In this document: one piece after another, positions 31,073-40,263 of the stretch
How positions within the stretch are numbered: the stretch's first letter is position 1
Layout: every line of letters starts with the position of its first letter
Assembly (NCBI RefSeq): GCF_004339015.1
Contig: NZ_SMFQ01000002.1
Coordinates: 309,351 to 373,350 of the forward strand
DNA: 64,000 nt
From: Cocleimonas flava
GTDB lineage: Bacteria > Pseudomonadota > Gammaproteobacteria > Thiotrichales > Thiotrichaceae
Reading direction: 5' to 3'
Made by a program: the position numbers and the translations under genes
The notes under the pieces: generated by a model
The model's input: only the letters and a program-made list of their open reading frames with translations
Told to the model about the DNA's origin: nothing
Database searches by the model: none

Positions 31073-32929
31073 ATGGGTGGTTCACTGACTGTTTTCACAA
31101 TGATCGCGATTGCAGTAATCGCACTACTGGTGCTGATTATATTAATCTCCTTCGCGCGCTTTTATATCAAAGTGCCTCAGGGTTGGGCATTAATTATTAA
31201 TGATATGTCGAGTACACCTAAGGTTAAATTTACCGGTGGCATCGTGTGGCCTGTAATCAACAAAAAAGAATTGATGAAAATTTCATTAATTACCCTGGAA
31301 GTCGATAGAAAGAATAAAGACGGATTGATCTGTAAAGACAATATCCGTGCCGATATCGTCGTTGCCTTCTACATGCGCGTTAACGAAACGCAACAAGACG
31401 TGCTTAAAGTGGCAAAATCGATTGGCGTAGAAAGAGCCTCTGATAGAGATGCGGTACATGAGCTCTTCAATGCAAAATTCTCAGAAGCGTTGAAAACGGT
31501 TGGTAAGAATATGGATTTCGTTACCCTATTCGAAAATCGTATTGCATTTCGTGACAGCATCATCGAGGTTATTGGTAACGATCTAAATGGTTATGTTCTT
31601 GAAGACGTCGCGATTGATTACCTCGAACAAACACCAATGACGCATCTTGATCCACAAAATATTCTGGATGCTGAAGGTATTCGTAAAATCACTCAATTAA
31701 CCGCTATTCAAAGCGTCAGCACCAATGAACTATCACGTAATGAAGAACTAGCAATTACCAAAAAGAATGTAGAAACAAAAGAAGCAATGCTGGAGCTAGA
31801 ACGTCAGGAAGCCGACGCAACTGCCAGACAAAAGCGTGAAGTAGAAACGATTCAGGCACGCGAAGAAGCAGAAACCATCAAAGTTCAGGAGGAACAGCGC
31901 TTACTATCTGAACGCTCTCGTATAAAAACTGAAGAAGAACTTCAGGTGATGGAACAAAACAAAATGCGCGAAGTGGAAGTTTCTGAAAACAACCGTTTAC
32001 GTGCTGTAGCGATTGAAGAAGAGAAAGTAGGACGCGCACGCGAACTAGAAATCGTCTCCAAAGAACGCGAAGTAGAACTACAAGTCATCGAGAAAGAAAA
32101 AGCACTCGAAGTCGAAAGAAAAGAAATTGCCAATGTCATTCGTGAACGTGTAATCGTTGATAAAAGCGTTGCCGAACAAGAAGAAAAAATCAAAGAAGTC
32201 CGTGTAGTTGCCGAAGCAGACAGACTCAAGCAAGCAACAATTATCGCCGCAGAAGCACAAGCGGAAGAAGAGCTAGTGAAGCAGGTTAAACAAGCGCAGG
32301 CAGATGAAGTACAAGCGACGCACAAAGCGAAAGAAATCAACATTCTTGCGCAAGCTAACCTAGAAGCAGCGGCCAAAGAAGCGGACTCGAAGAAGCAATT
32401 GGCCGAAGGTACACAAGCAGAACAAGCCGCACCAGGTCTTGCTGACGCTCAAGTAAAAGAAGTGATGGCAGAAGCATTGCAAAAAGAAGGACTTGCTGAA
32501 GCGAAAGTCATGGAAGAGAAAATGGATGTCGAAGCAACAGGTAATGAGAAAATTGGTCTCGCTGCTGCGCTCGTTCAGAAAGAAAAATTCAAAGCAGAAG
32601 CTGAAGGCTTAATCGAGAAATTCAAAGCGATGAATGATATGAGCCCTGATTCGCGCCAGCATGAAGAATTCCGCATGCAACTCGAAAAAGACTTCGAGCA
32701 AGCACTCGCTGAGATCGAAGCGAATAAAGAGATCTCAGACGATCAAGCCAAGGTACTCGCTACTGCACTAGAAAGTGCAAATATCGATATCGTTGGTGGC
32801 GGAGATTATCTGCAATCATTCACAAAAGGATTAGGCTTAGGTAAAACCGTAGAAGGTGTTCTTGAGAAAAGCCCTGCACTTGAATCAGTACTGGGAACAT
32901 TACTCGCCTCAAAAGCTGCCTCTAAATAA
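31073..32929 (+). CDS. yqiK: Flotillin-like SPFH/band-7 protein
   Basis: 618 aa. N-terminal TM helix. SPFH domain ('FYIKVPQGWALIIND', 'DIVVAFYMRV'). Long E/A/K-rich coiled coil ('EAxxxE' flotillin-type repeats). C-terminal oligomerisation region. Confidence 0.8.
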   Translation: MGGSLTVFTMIAIAVIALLVLIILISFARFYIKVPQGWALIINDMSSTPKVKFTGGIVWPVINKKELMKISLITLEVDRKNKDGLICKDNIRADIVVAFYMRVNETQQDVLKVAKSIGVERASDRDAVHELFNAKFSEALKTVGKNMDFVTLFENRIAFRDSIIEVIGNDLNGYVLEDVAIDYLEQTPMTHLDPQNILDAEGIRKITQLTAIQSVSTNELSRNEELAITKKNVETKEAMLELERQEADATARQKREVETIQAREEAETIKVQEEQRLLSERSRIKTEEELQVMEQNKMREVEVSENNRLRAVAIEEEKVGRARELEIVSKEREVELQVIEKEKALEVERKEIANVIRERVIVDKSVAEQEEKIKEVRVVAEADRLKQATIIAAEAQAEEELVKQVKQAQADEVQATHKAKEINILAQANLEAAAKEADSKKQLAEGTQAEQAAPGLADAQVKEVMAEALQKEGLAEAKVMEEKMDVEATGNEKIGLAAALVQKEKFKAEAEGLIEKFKAMNDMSPDSRQHEEFRMQLEKDFEQALAEIEANKEISDDQAKVLATALESANIDIVGGGDYLQSFTKGLGLGKTVEGVLEKSPALESVLGTLLASKAASK

Positions 32930-32962
32930 AATCTGCTTTTAAATAATAGATAACCTTATCCT

Positions 32963-35900
32963 ATGTCCGATAATATTAACAAAGGCAATAACGGCGAAAA
33001 ATCGGCTGTAGATACTACAGTTGATACAAATAGCGACGCTGTAGATCAAGCTGTATCTGAAAGTAGCGCTTACGAGATTATTCGTAAGCGCCTCGAACAG
33101 CAAGCAAACGATCTAGAAGCCCACACTAAAACCTTAAACGAAGCGCGTTTAGAGGAATTTGGTAGCTCAGAAATGAGCGTGCTTGGGCGTTTGCGTGTTC
33201 GTACAGAAAACAATTGTGTCGCCAGAGATATTGCCCAAGTCGGCGATACCTTAATTTTTGGCTACAACGTTTTTATCGGGCTCAAAAAAGAAACGCATAT
33301 TGAAGACGTTTTCATGCTCTACAAGCTTGTCGAAAAAGACGGGCAATATGAGTTTGAAACACTTCCCGTAAATGAAAGCTTTCTCGGTGAAGCATCGTTT
33401 GTCGCAGACTTTAACGAGCTTTATACCTATTACAAAAATGCGCGATTAATTCAGCTCCTTGTTAAAGATAATAAGCTCTTAGCCTCTTTCCAGATCGGCG
33501 CGCAAATCACCGATATCCGTGTTTTTCGCTGGAGCATAGATAACCAGAACAAACTCACCTACATTGATAATCGTGGTGAATACGATATTGCACTGCCCTC
33601 ACCTTATGATTTCGAATGGGTAAACACCACGCGTGAAGATTCAGTAAACGGCAGACATCCACACATCAACATCCTTGATACGGTATTTGTCGAAACCATT
33701 GGTGGCGACCTTACCGTAAAAGTCGAAAACAATACAGAAACGGGCAAAGGTATTTACGCCGAACCGGTCGATGAAAAAAATCAATCGATTGACGATGCAG
33801 CGATTGCTTATGCCGATTTAGGCAAATTTGTACTGCTACAGATTACTCCCTACAAAGAACAAGTCACACGCTACTTGGTGTTTAACAAACAAAACAACCA
33901 GGTAAATCGTATTGATGAAATCGGACAATCCTGCCAACAGCTTCCAGAAGATCACGGCATTATTTTCCCCGGTGGTATTTACCTGCAAAACGGTGAGATA
34001 AAAACCTTCGCCGAAAAAACCAAAGGCATGCGCTTCAAACGTAGTATCCGCTCACCCAATGGTGAAGATATTCTGTATGTATTTTATGAAGCAGAAGAAG
34101 GCAGAATCGCGCTGTTCTCATACAATATGATCGAAAAAGATCTCGCCAATCCCTTATTCGGACATGGCTACAGTATTTATGATGACGGCAAAATGGTGAT
34201 CTTCAGCTCAGAAAGCGAAGAACCTACGCGCATTCATCCGATGCAAGTGTGGCAAACCGCCTTCACCTCAGAAGAATTCGCCACTAGCAGCAACACTAAC
34301 GCCTCCTTCTATACCAATATCGGTAATGCCGAACTGGTTCGTGGTATTTCAGAGCTGTACAGCATCTCTCGTACCATTGATAAACAATCCGCTTCTGCCA
34401 GTGTGTATAACGAACTATCACAAGCCTCAGAGCGTTTACAGAGCGCTTACTACTGGTTAGATAAACCCGAACTCTCTGATGTCAAAAGCACCTTACAAAA
34501 AATAAGTAAAACCTCAGAACTGGTTCTCGATGAGTTCGAAAAAGTAGAAAATATTCGCCAACGCGCTGATCAGGCAATGCAGGAAGCAGAGCAAACTCAG
34601 GCGGATATATTTTCAAAATTATTGTCTGATAGCTGGGATAAAGTTGAAGAATTTGTCGATGCTTTAGACAGTATCCGCAAACAACGCGGCCACTTACTCA
34701 CAATCAAAGAATACCGTTATATCGACCAGGCCCGCATCAAAGATATGGATGTAGCGCTAGTTGAAAAGCAAGAAGCGCTGGGTGAAGAGACGCTTAAGTT
34801 TTTATCGGAAGAGAAATCCTTAATCCCCTATCAGCAAAAGCTCGATAAGCTGGATAAAGAAGCAGAACAAGCCAAAACTCGCGCCGAAATTAAAACCGTC
34901 ATCGAAAACTATGAAAAGATGGCAGGCGACCTCGATCTAATCTCCGAATTAGTTTCCACGCTGCACGTTGAAGATGCCACGATTCGCACACGCATTATCG
35001 AAAGCATCTCCAGCATTTATGCCAAATTAAATCAGAGTAAAGCACGCGCACGCCATAAATATAAGGACTTAGGTTCAGCCGAAGCGGTTGCCCAGTTTAG
35101 CGTTCAATTCAAACTGTTTAGCCAAAGCATCGCCAACGCCGTCGGACTAGCAACATCGCCTGATAAAGCAGACGAACAACTCAACCGTTTACTGGTACAG
35201 CTGGAAGAACTGGAAGGTCAGTTCAGCGAACACGATGAATTCCTCGCAGACATAATTTCAAAACGCGATGAAGTTTATGAAACCTTTGAAACGCACAAAC
35301 AATCACTAATAGCAGAACGCCAGAGGCGAGCGCAAAACCTGCTTGATGCGGCAGAACGCATCCTCACCTCATTAAACAGACGCACGCAAAAACTCAGCGA
35401 TATTGATGCCTTAAACACCTTATTCGCCTCTGATCCGCTCGTTATTAAAATCCGCGATATTGCAGAAAAGCTACGTGAGATTGATGACAGCGTAAAAGCA
35501 GACGACATAGAAAGCCGACTCAAAAATAGCAAAGACCAGGCCTTACGCTCACAGCGTGACAAGTCAGAAATCTATGAAGAAGGCGGCAAGGTCATCAAAT
35601 TAGGCCCACGCCATCGCTTTAGTGTGACAACGCAGGAACTTGATTTAAGCATTCTGTTTAAAGACGACCAGTTAAACCTACACTTGAATGGCACCGACTA
35701 TGTAGAGCCGATTGACAACGCAGAACTGAATGCACAAAAAGCCTTTTGGCATGTGGATATCGAATCCGAATCAGCGGTGCTTTATCGCGCAGAATATTTG
35801 GCGGGATTGATTTTAGAAAAAGCCACATTAAAGCAAGATAATCTCGATTTAGTCATGCTTGAAATTGCAGCGAAGGACGAAGCCGAACTGGTTAAAATCG

Positions 35901-38419
35901 TACACGACTTTGCCACACCGCGTTATAAAGAAGCGTATGAGAAAGGTATTCACGATCACGACGCGAGCAAAATTCTACAACAATTATTGCCGATTCAAAC
36001 AACCAGTGGCTTACTGCGTTTTCCACCGTTAGAAAGAGGCTTAGCCGCACTATTCTGGTCAGTCACACAAACACAAGCACCGCAAAATAGCTGGCAAAAA
36101 CGTGCCTTAAGCGCTAAACAACTGGTCGATGTATTCAATCATCACGATGCCAGCACAAGATTACAGGAAGAAATCCAGCAGCAATTTAATCTCTTCCTTG
36201 AAAGCTATCCAATCACGATTGATGAAGCGACCGCACAACGCAGTTGCGAATACTTAAGTCAGGAACTGGCACAGGAAAAAATCAACTTTGTCTCCAGCCA
36301 ATACGCGCAAAAATTACTCGATGAGTTACGTCGTAATCTGCAAGTTGCCAAAGCATGGAAAACCTTTGAAAGCAGTTTAGAACAGCTCAACAACCAACAT
36401 CACGAGCGCTGGGCGCTCGCAAGCTCGTGGCTAACTGCGATGTTAGCGGCGCAACAAAACAAAGATGAAAACAGCCAGGCAAATCAAACACTGGCGCATT
36501 ACGTACCAGAAGCGGTTGCTTTACTGTTATGTGAATCGATTACGTGGAAAGAAAATAATACTGCTCTGGAAATCACCATCAGCGATTTAATGGGCGACCA
36601 TCCACGCATTCACAAACAACAATTACACCTGAGTTTAGATGACTTCTTAAGTCGCTATCATCAGCACAGAAATCACGTACTTCCCGGTTATCACGACTAC
36701 TTGAGCATTCGCAGCCGTATCATGAAAGAATCGGCAGAATCTTTACGTCTGGATGAATTCAAACCCAGGCCGTTATCCTCGTTTGTTAGAAACCGTCTTA
36801 TCAATGAGCTCTACCTGTCATTAATCGGCGACAACCTGGCAAAACAAATGGGAACCGTCGGTGAAGATAAACGCACCGACTTGATGGGCTTGTTGATGAT
36901 GATTTCGCCGCCCGGTTACGGTAAAACCACTTTAATGGAATACGTAGCCAGCCGTCTGGGATTGATTTTCATGAAGATCAACTGTCCGTCATTAGGACAC
37001 GATGTATTATCGCTCGATCCAGAACAAGCACCGAATGCGACCGCCGCTCAAGAGTTAAACAAACTCAATCTCGCCTTAGAGATGAGCAACAACGTGATGC
37101 TATATCTGGATGATATTCAACACACCCATCCAGAATTCTTACAGAAATTTATCTCATTAAGTGACGGCACCCGTCGCGTAGATGGCATCTGGAAAGGCAA
37201 AACCAAAACCTATGATATGCGCGGCAAACGCTTCTGCATCATCATGGCAGGTAACCCATACACCGAATCCGGCGATGTATTCCAGATACCCGACATGCTC
37301 GCCAACCGTGCCGATATTTACAACCTCGGCGACATGCTAGGCGATCACGAAGAAGCCTTCTCACTCAGTTATATCGAAAACAGCTTAACCGCCAATCCCG
37401 TGCTTGCACCATTGGCAACGCGTGAAATGTCAGACACTTATTTATTGATTGATATGGCAAAAGGCAAACAAGTCGCCTCCACCGATCTCAAACACAATTA
37501 CAGCGGCGCAGAGCTAAACGAAATCGTCGAAGTGTTAAAGAAAATGTTCGTAATTCAGGAAGTCATCCTGAAAGTAAACCAGCAATACATCGCCTCTGCC
37601 GCGCAAAACGATGCCTACCGAAAAGAGCCACCGTTCAAGCTGCAAGGCAGTTACCGTAATATGAATAAAATGGCAGAAAAGCTATCAGCGGTAATGAATG
37701 AAGAAGAAATGATGCAAATGATCGAAGATCATTACCTGGGTGAAGCGCAACTACTCACCAACGGCGCAGAAGAAAACCTGTTAAAACTCGCCGAACTGCG
37801 CGGCAATATGACCAAAGAACAAAAAGCGCGCTGGACAGCAATCAAAAAAGATTTCATGAAAAACAAAATGACCGGCAATGAAGAAGCCACCATCGGCTTA
37901 GACATTAGTGAAAAACTCGGCTTCCTGGTCGACAATATCGAAGCAGTGAATCAATCACTCAAACAAAACGACAGCAGTGAAAAACTCGTTACGCAGTTAT
38001 CTGATATTTCAAGCACCCTGAAAAGCTCGTTACAAGCGATGCAGCAGGCATCAGAAAAATCCGCTGAAAACGACACGGCAGACACCGAATTAAAAGCCGA
38101 CAAAGCCTCGATTCTGCTCGCCACCTCACTCAGCAATATGTCTCACAGCATCGAGAATGTGCAGAAGTCACTGGCAGAACCAAAAGCCACAGACACCTTA
38201 TTAGCCGAATCACTAAAAGCGCTATCGGAAAACCTAAGCAATAAAAACAGCTCACAAAAAACCACCAGCGAAGAAATCGTAGTACAGCTCTCTAAAATCG
38301 TAGAAGGCATGACAGCAATGAATCGCGAACTGGAAGAAGTCTCAGAAGCCTCGCAAGAAAAAGCGAAATGGTTTTCGAGATTGACTCGAAAAGAGAAAGA
38401 GAAGGAAAAAGGGTTGTAG
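32963..38419 (+). CDS. Giant (1818 aa) coiled-coil protein with MoxR/AAA_5-type ATPase core, co-operonic with yqiJK
   Basis: Starts 34 nt after the yqiK stop. About 440-aa N-terminal beta-rich domain. About 800 aa of heptad-rich helix. Walker A 'ISPPGYGKTTLMEY', Walker B 'VMLYLDD', sensor-1 'CIIMAGNP'. About 300-aa C-terminal coiled coil ending 'KEKEKEKGL'. Confidence 0.75.
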   Translation: MSDNINKGNNGEKSAVDTTVDTNSDAVDQAVSESSAYEIIRKRLEQQANDLEAHTKTLNEARLEEFGSSEMSVLGRLRVRTENNCVARDIAQVGDTLIFGYNVFIGLKKETHIEDVFMLYKLVEKDGQYEFETLPVNESFLGEASFVADFNELYTYYKNARLIQLLVKDNKLLASFQIGAQITDIRVFRWSIDNQNKLTYIDNRGEYDIALPSPYDFEWVNTTREDSVNGRHPHINILDTVFVETIGGDLTVKVENNTETGKGIYAEPVDEKNQSIDDAAIAYADLGKFVLLQITPYKEQVTRYLVFNKQNNQVNRIDEIGQSCQQLPEDHGIIFPGGIYLQNGEIKTFAEKTKGMRFKRSIRSPNGEDILYVFYEAEEGRIALFSYNMIEKDLANPLFGHGYSIYDDGKMVIFSSESEEPTRIHPMQVWQTAFTSEEFATSSNTNASFYTNIGNAELVRGISELYSISRTIDKQSASASVYNELSQASERLQSAYYWLDKPELSDVKSTLQKISKTSELVLDEFEKVENIRQRADQAMQEAEQTQADIFSKLLSDSWDKVEEFVDALDSIRKQRGHLLTIKEYRYIDQARIKDMDVALVEKQEALGEETLKFLSEEKSLIPYQQKLDKLDKEAEQAKTRAEIKTVIENYEKMAGDLDLISELVSTLHVEDATIRTRIIESISSIYAKLNQSKARARHKYKDLGSAEAVAQFSVQFKLFSQSIANAVGLATSPDKADEQLNRLLVQLEELEGQFSEHDEFLADIISKRDEVYETFETHKQSLIAERQRRAQNLLDAAERILTSLNRRTQKLSDIDALNTLFASDPLVIKIRDIAEKLREIDDSVKADDIESRLKNSKDQALRSQRDKSEIYEEGGKVIKLGPRHRFSVTTQELDLSILFKDDQLNLHLNGTDYVEPIDNAELNAQKAFWHVDIESESAVLYRAEYLAGLILEKATLKQDNLDLVMLEIAAKDEAELVKIVHDFATPRYKEAYEKGIHDHDASKILQQLLPIQTTSGLLRFPPLERGLAALFWSVTQTQAPQNSWQKRALSAKQLVDVFNHHDASTRLQEEIQQQFNLFLESYPITIDEATAQRSCEYLSQELAQEKINFVSSQYAQKLLDELRRNLQVAKAWKTFESSLEQLNNQHHERWALASSWLTAMLAAQQNKDENSQANQTLAHYVPEAVALLLCESITWKENNTALEITISDLMGDHPRIHKQQLHLSLDDFLSRYHQHRNHVLPGYHDYLSIRSRIMKESAESLRLDEFKPRPLSSFVRNRLINELYLSLIGDNLAKQMGTVGEDKRTDLMGLLMMISPPGYGKTTLMEYVASRLGLIFMKINCPSLGHDVLSLDPEQAPNATAAQELNKLNLALEMSNNVMLYLDDIQHTHPEFLQKFISLSDGTRRVDGIWKGKTKTYDMRGKRFCIIMAGNPYTESGDVFQIPDMLANRADIYNLGDMLGDHEEAFSLSYIENSLTANPVLAPLATREMSDTYLLIDMAKGKQVASTDLKHNYSGAELNEIVEVLKKMFVIQEVILKVNQQYIASAAQNDAYRKEPPFKLQGSYRNMNKMAEKLSAVMNEEEMMQMIEDHYLGEAQLLTNGAEENLLKLAELRGNMTKEQKARWTAIKKDFMKNKMTGNEEATIGLDISEKLGFLVDNIEAVNQSLKQNDSSEKLVTQLSDISSTLKSSLQAMQQASEKSAENDTADTELKADKASILLATSLSNMSHSIENVQKSLAEPKATDTLLAESLKALSENLSNKNSSQKTTSEEIVVQLSKIVEGMTAMNRELEEVSEASQEKAKWFSRLTRKEKEKEKGL

Positions 38420-38463
38420 GTTTTTATTTTATATAGTTTAAATAAATTCAGTGGTTTATCGCA

Positions 38464-38559
38464 CAATGTACGTCGACGATTCCTTATTGAATCTACGACG
38501 GACTTTCTTGGCTCTTGGTGAGCCTAGGAAAGCCACCCCCCTACTTTGGGGCGTTTTTT
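38464..38559. repeat. Composite: inverted copy of the 'gtccgtcgtagattc...gaatcgtcgacgtaca' element fused to a REP-like core ('agccaccccctactttggggcgtttttt')
   Basis: 38466-38530 is the reverse complement of 54362-54430 at about 85% identity. It is abutted by a REP core at 38533-38559. Confidence 0.65.
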
Positions 38560-38573
38560 ATTAAAAAAAGCAC

Positions 38574-38626
38574 TGGCTCGCCTTTGAGGCGATACTAGAA
38601 CTTAGCGTGTAACGGGCACTTTTTCT
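38574..38626 (+). repeat. Repeat family C ('gcctttgaggcgatactagaacttagcgtgtaacgggcacttttt'); second copy at 39803-39853
   Basis: About 85% identical to 'gcctttaaggcgatactagtacttagcgtgtagtggcagttttt'. Internal palindrome 'tatcgcctttaaggcgata'. Confidence 0.6.
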
Positions 38627-38688
38627 TAATTTAAAAATACACAAGAACCTGATAAGTTAACAATAATTGTTGTTAAAGGAAAAGTCTC

Positions 38689-38868
38689 ATGAATGTATCA
38701 CTGCCACTTGAAGAATACATAAATGAAAAAGAGAACAGAAGAAACGAAAAGCTAGATGCTTTGCTCATAGAAAGGCTTGAAAGCTTAAACAATGGTAAAA
38801 AAACCATACCAGCAGAAGAAGTTAAAAACAGTATATTAAAGAGCCTCAAACAAAATAGTCAAAAATAA
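38689..38868 (+). CDS. Small ORF (59 aa), charged helical protein, possible antitoxin/regulator-like
   Basis: Not in the supplied track (shorter than 60 aa). 'aaagga' RBS 8 nt upstream of the ATG. Translates to MNVSLPLEEYINEKENRRNEKLDALLIERLESLNNGKKTIPAEEVKNSILKSLKQNSQK. Confidence 0.3.
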   Translation: MNVSLPLEEYINEKENRRNEKLDALLIERLESLNNGKKTIPAEEVKNSILKSLKQNSQK

Positions 38869-38996
38869 TCATGGGCATCTCAATACTATTCACTGAGAGT
38901 ACTCAAACCACTTGAAGCTCGAAATATAGAATTATAATTGATGCTGACGGCTGATCATTTAGGTTGTTTAAAGAGATTAAATAATAGAGTTTAGAG

Positions 38997-39023
38997 TCAC
39001 CCCCTACTTTTATGTGTTTTTTG
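38997..39023 (+). repeat. REP-like element ('gtcaccccctacttttatgtgttttttg')
   Basis: Core match. Confidence 0.6.
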
Positions 39024-39044
39024 TCCATATTAAATGAAAAACAC

Positions 39045-39110
39045 ACCCTACGGGTCGTCGTCACTGTATTCCGACGTTGTCTTCGCTGCGCTTCGGCTAG
39101 GCACTTTTTT
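39045..39110 (+). repeat. Repeat family B ('cacccta-cgggtcgtcgtcactg-yrttccracgttgtct...cggct-ggcactttttt'), copy 1 of 3
   Basis: About 80% identical to 46163-46238 and to 54530-54600. Confidence 0.65.
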
Positions 39111-39120
39111 ATTAAGTTAA

Positions 39121-39149
39121 GTCACCCCCCACCTTTGGGGCACTTTTTC
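39121..39149 (+). repeat. REP-like element ('gtcaccccccacctttggggcacttttt')
   Basis: Core match. 14 nt upstream of the next CDS. Confidence 0.65.
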
Positions 39150-39163
39150 AAAGGATATAAATC

Positions 39164-39718
39164 ATGAATTGTACGAGTTGCAACAACGGTTTTTTAAAGC
39201 CCAGTAGTATTGAAGGACAGTTTCCCGCTCATACCTGCACAGACTGTGGTGGAAACTGGATTCTCATAGAAGATTACGCGGCATGGTTAACGCTCAATCC
39301 AGACTATCAATTTTCTGAAAATATAAAAATCGAACCAGAAGCCGAAGATACCAAGAAGGCATTAATCTGCCCTGCATCGGGTGCCATCATGAGAAAATTC
39401 CGTATCTCAGCATCTAATCAACATCGAGTAGATCACAGTTCCGCTGTCGGTGGAATTTGGTTAGATCGAGGGGAGTGGGAATTACTTAAAGCAGAAGGCT
39501 TGGCAGGTTCGTTAAATGCAATCGTAACAAACCAATGGCAAAGCAAAATCAGAGAAAACAGTGCAGAACAAACCTTTAGCAATCTCTATAAAGACAAATT
39601 TGGAATTGATAGCTACGAAAAAGTAAAAGAGTTCAGGGCTTGGCTAAATGAACAACCACAACAGGCAGAATTAAAAGCTTATTTACTTGCTGAAGATCCG
39701 TATTCGGCAGAGGTATAA
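39164..39718 (+). CDS. Zinc-ribbon protein with one intact and one degenerate zf-TFIIB-like repeat
   Basis: 184 aa. 'CTSCNNG...(17 aa)...CTDCGGNWILIEDYAAWL' is an intact Cys4 ribbon. The second copy 'ICPASGAIMRKF...VGGIWLDRGEWELL' keeps the GxWLDxGEL signature but has lost cysteines. Confidence 0.5.
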   Translation: MNCTSCNNGFLKPSSIEGQFPAHTCTDCGGNWILIEDYAAWLTLNPDYQFSENIKIEPEAEDTKKALICPASGAIMRKFRISASNQHRVDHSSAVGGIWLDRGEWELLKAEGLAGSLNAIVTNQWQSKIRENSAEQTFSNLYKDKFGIDSYEKVKEFRAWLNEQPQQAELKAYLLAEDPYSAEV

Positions 39719-39723
39719 TTAAG

Positions 39724-39853
39724 GTCACCCCCCTGGTTTTGAATGACAACTCGTTTTTGTATTTTAAAAACGACCTTGGAATTTATGCAAAGCTAAGTAC
39801 TAGTATCGCCTTTAAGGCGATACTAGTACTTAGCGTGTAGTGGCAGTTTTTAA
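39724..39853 (+). repeat. Mosaic element: REP core 5' half + about 58-nt insert (as at 25396) + family C repeat + REP 3' half ('gtggcagttttt')
   Basis: 'gtcaccccctggttttgaatgacaactcgtttttgtattttaaaaacgaccttggaatttatgcaaagc' + 'taagtactagtatcgcctttaaggcgatactagtacttagcgtgtagtggcagttttt'. Confidence 0.6.
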
Positions 39854-39963
39854 TTTGTTAAGCCCCCCCCATGTTTTTATAAAATAATTTTATGGTGAAT
39901 AAATTGACAGTGAAAATTACTGAACGATTTTTTTCATTCAAAGTAAATATTGATGCTATCATA

Positions 39964-39992
39964 TTTGATCGTTATCATATCCCATACATTAT
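39964..39992 (+). promoter_or_regulatory. Candidate sigma70 promoter for the tRNA-Cys/tRNA-Leu unit ('ttgatc'-N16-'cattat')
   Basis: A -35-like and a -10-like hexamer 16 nt apart, ending about 9 nt before tRNA-Cys +1. AT-rich upstream region. Confidence 0.3.
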
Positions 39993-40001
39993 GATAATAA
40001 T

Positions 40002-40072
40002 GGTTGAGTAGCAAAATGGTTATGCAGCGGTTTGCAAAACCGCCTATCCCGGTTCGATTCCGGGCTCAACCT
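40002..40072 (+). tRNA. tRNA-Cys (GCA)
   Basis: Acceptor stem GGTTGAG/CTCAACC. Anticodon loop 'tTTGCAaaa' (GCA). T-arm 'GGTTCGATTCC'. Discriminator U. No encoded CCA. Collinear with E. coli tRNA-Cys. Confidence 0.9.
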
Positions 40073-40146
40073 TCATTCTCATAAAAGTCATATTTACAGT
40101 GTTAACCAAACACTAAAATAATAGATTAGTTATAGTAAGACCATCT

Positions 40147-40233
40147 GCCCAGGTGGCGAAATTGGTAGACGCAAGGGACTTAAAATCCCTCGATGGTAAC
40201 ATCGTGCCGGTTCGATTCCGGCCCTGGGCACCA
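40147..40233 (+). tRNA. tRNA-Leu (UAA)
   Basis: 'GCCCAGGTGGCGAAATTGGTAGACGCAAGGGACTTAAAATCCCTCGATGGTAACATCGTGCCGGTTCGATTCCGGCCCTGGGCACCA'. Long variable arm. Anticodon TAA. Encoded CCA. Near-identical to E. coli leuZ. Confidence 0.92.
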
Positions 40234-40263
40234 TTCTCTATAGACTAAAATGTATTAATTAAA

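Noticed and set aside
31942-32376. Antisense ORFs inside yqiK (31942-32376, 32078-32260) and inside the giant ATPase gene (35275-35562, 37732-38466 group)
   Set aside because: They lie wholly within long, motif-supported genes on the opposite strand. They have low-complexity S/A/C-rich translations typical of antisense reading of EA-repeat coding sequence. No RBS context.
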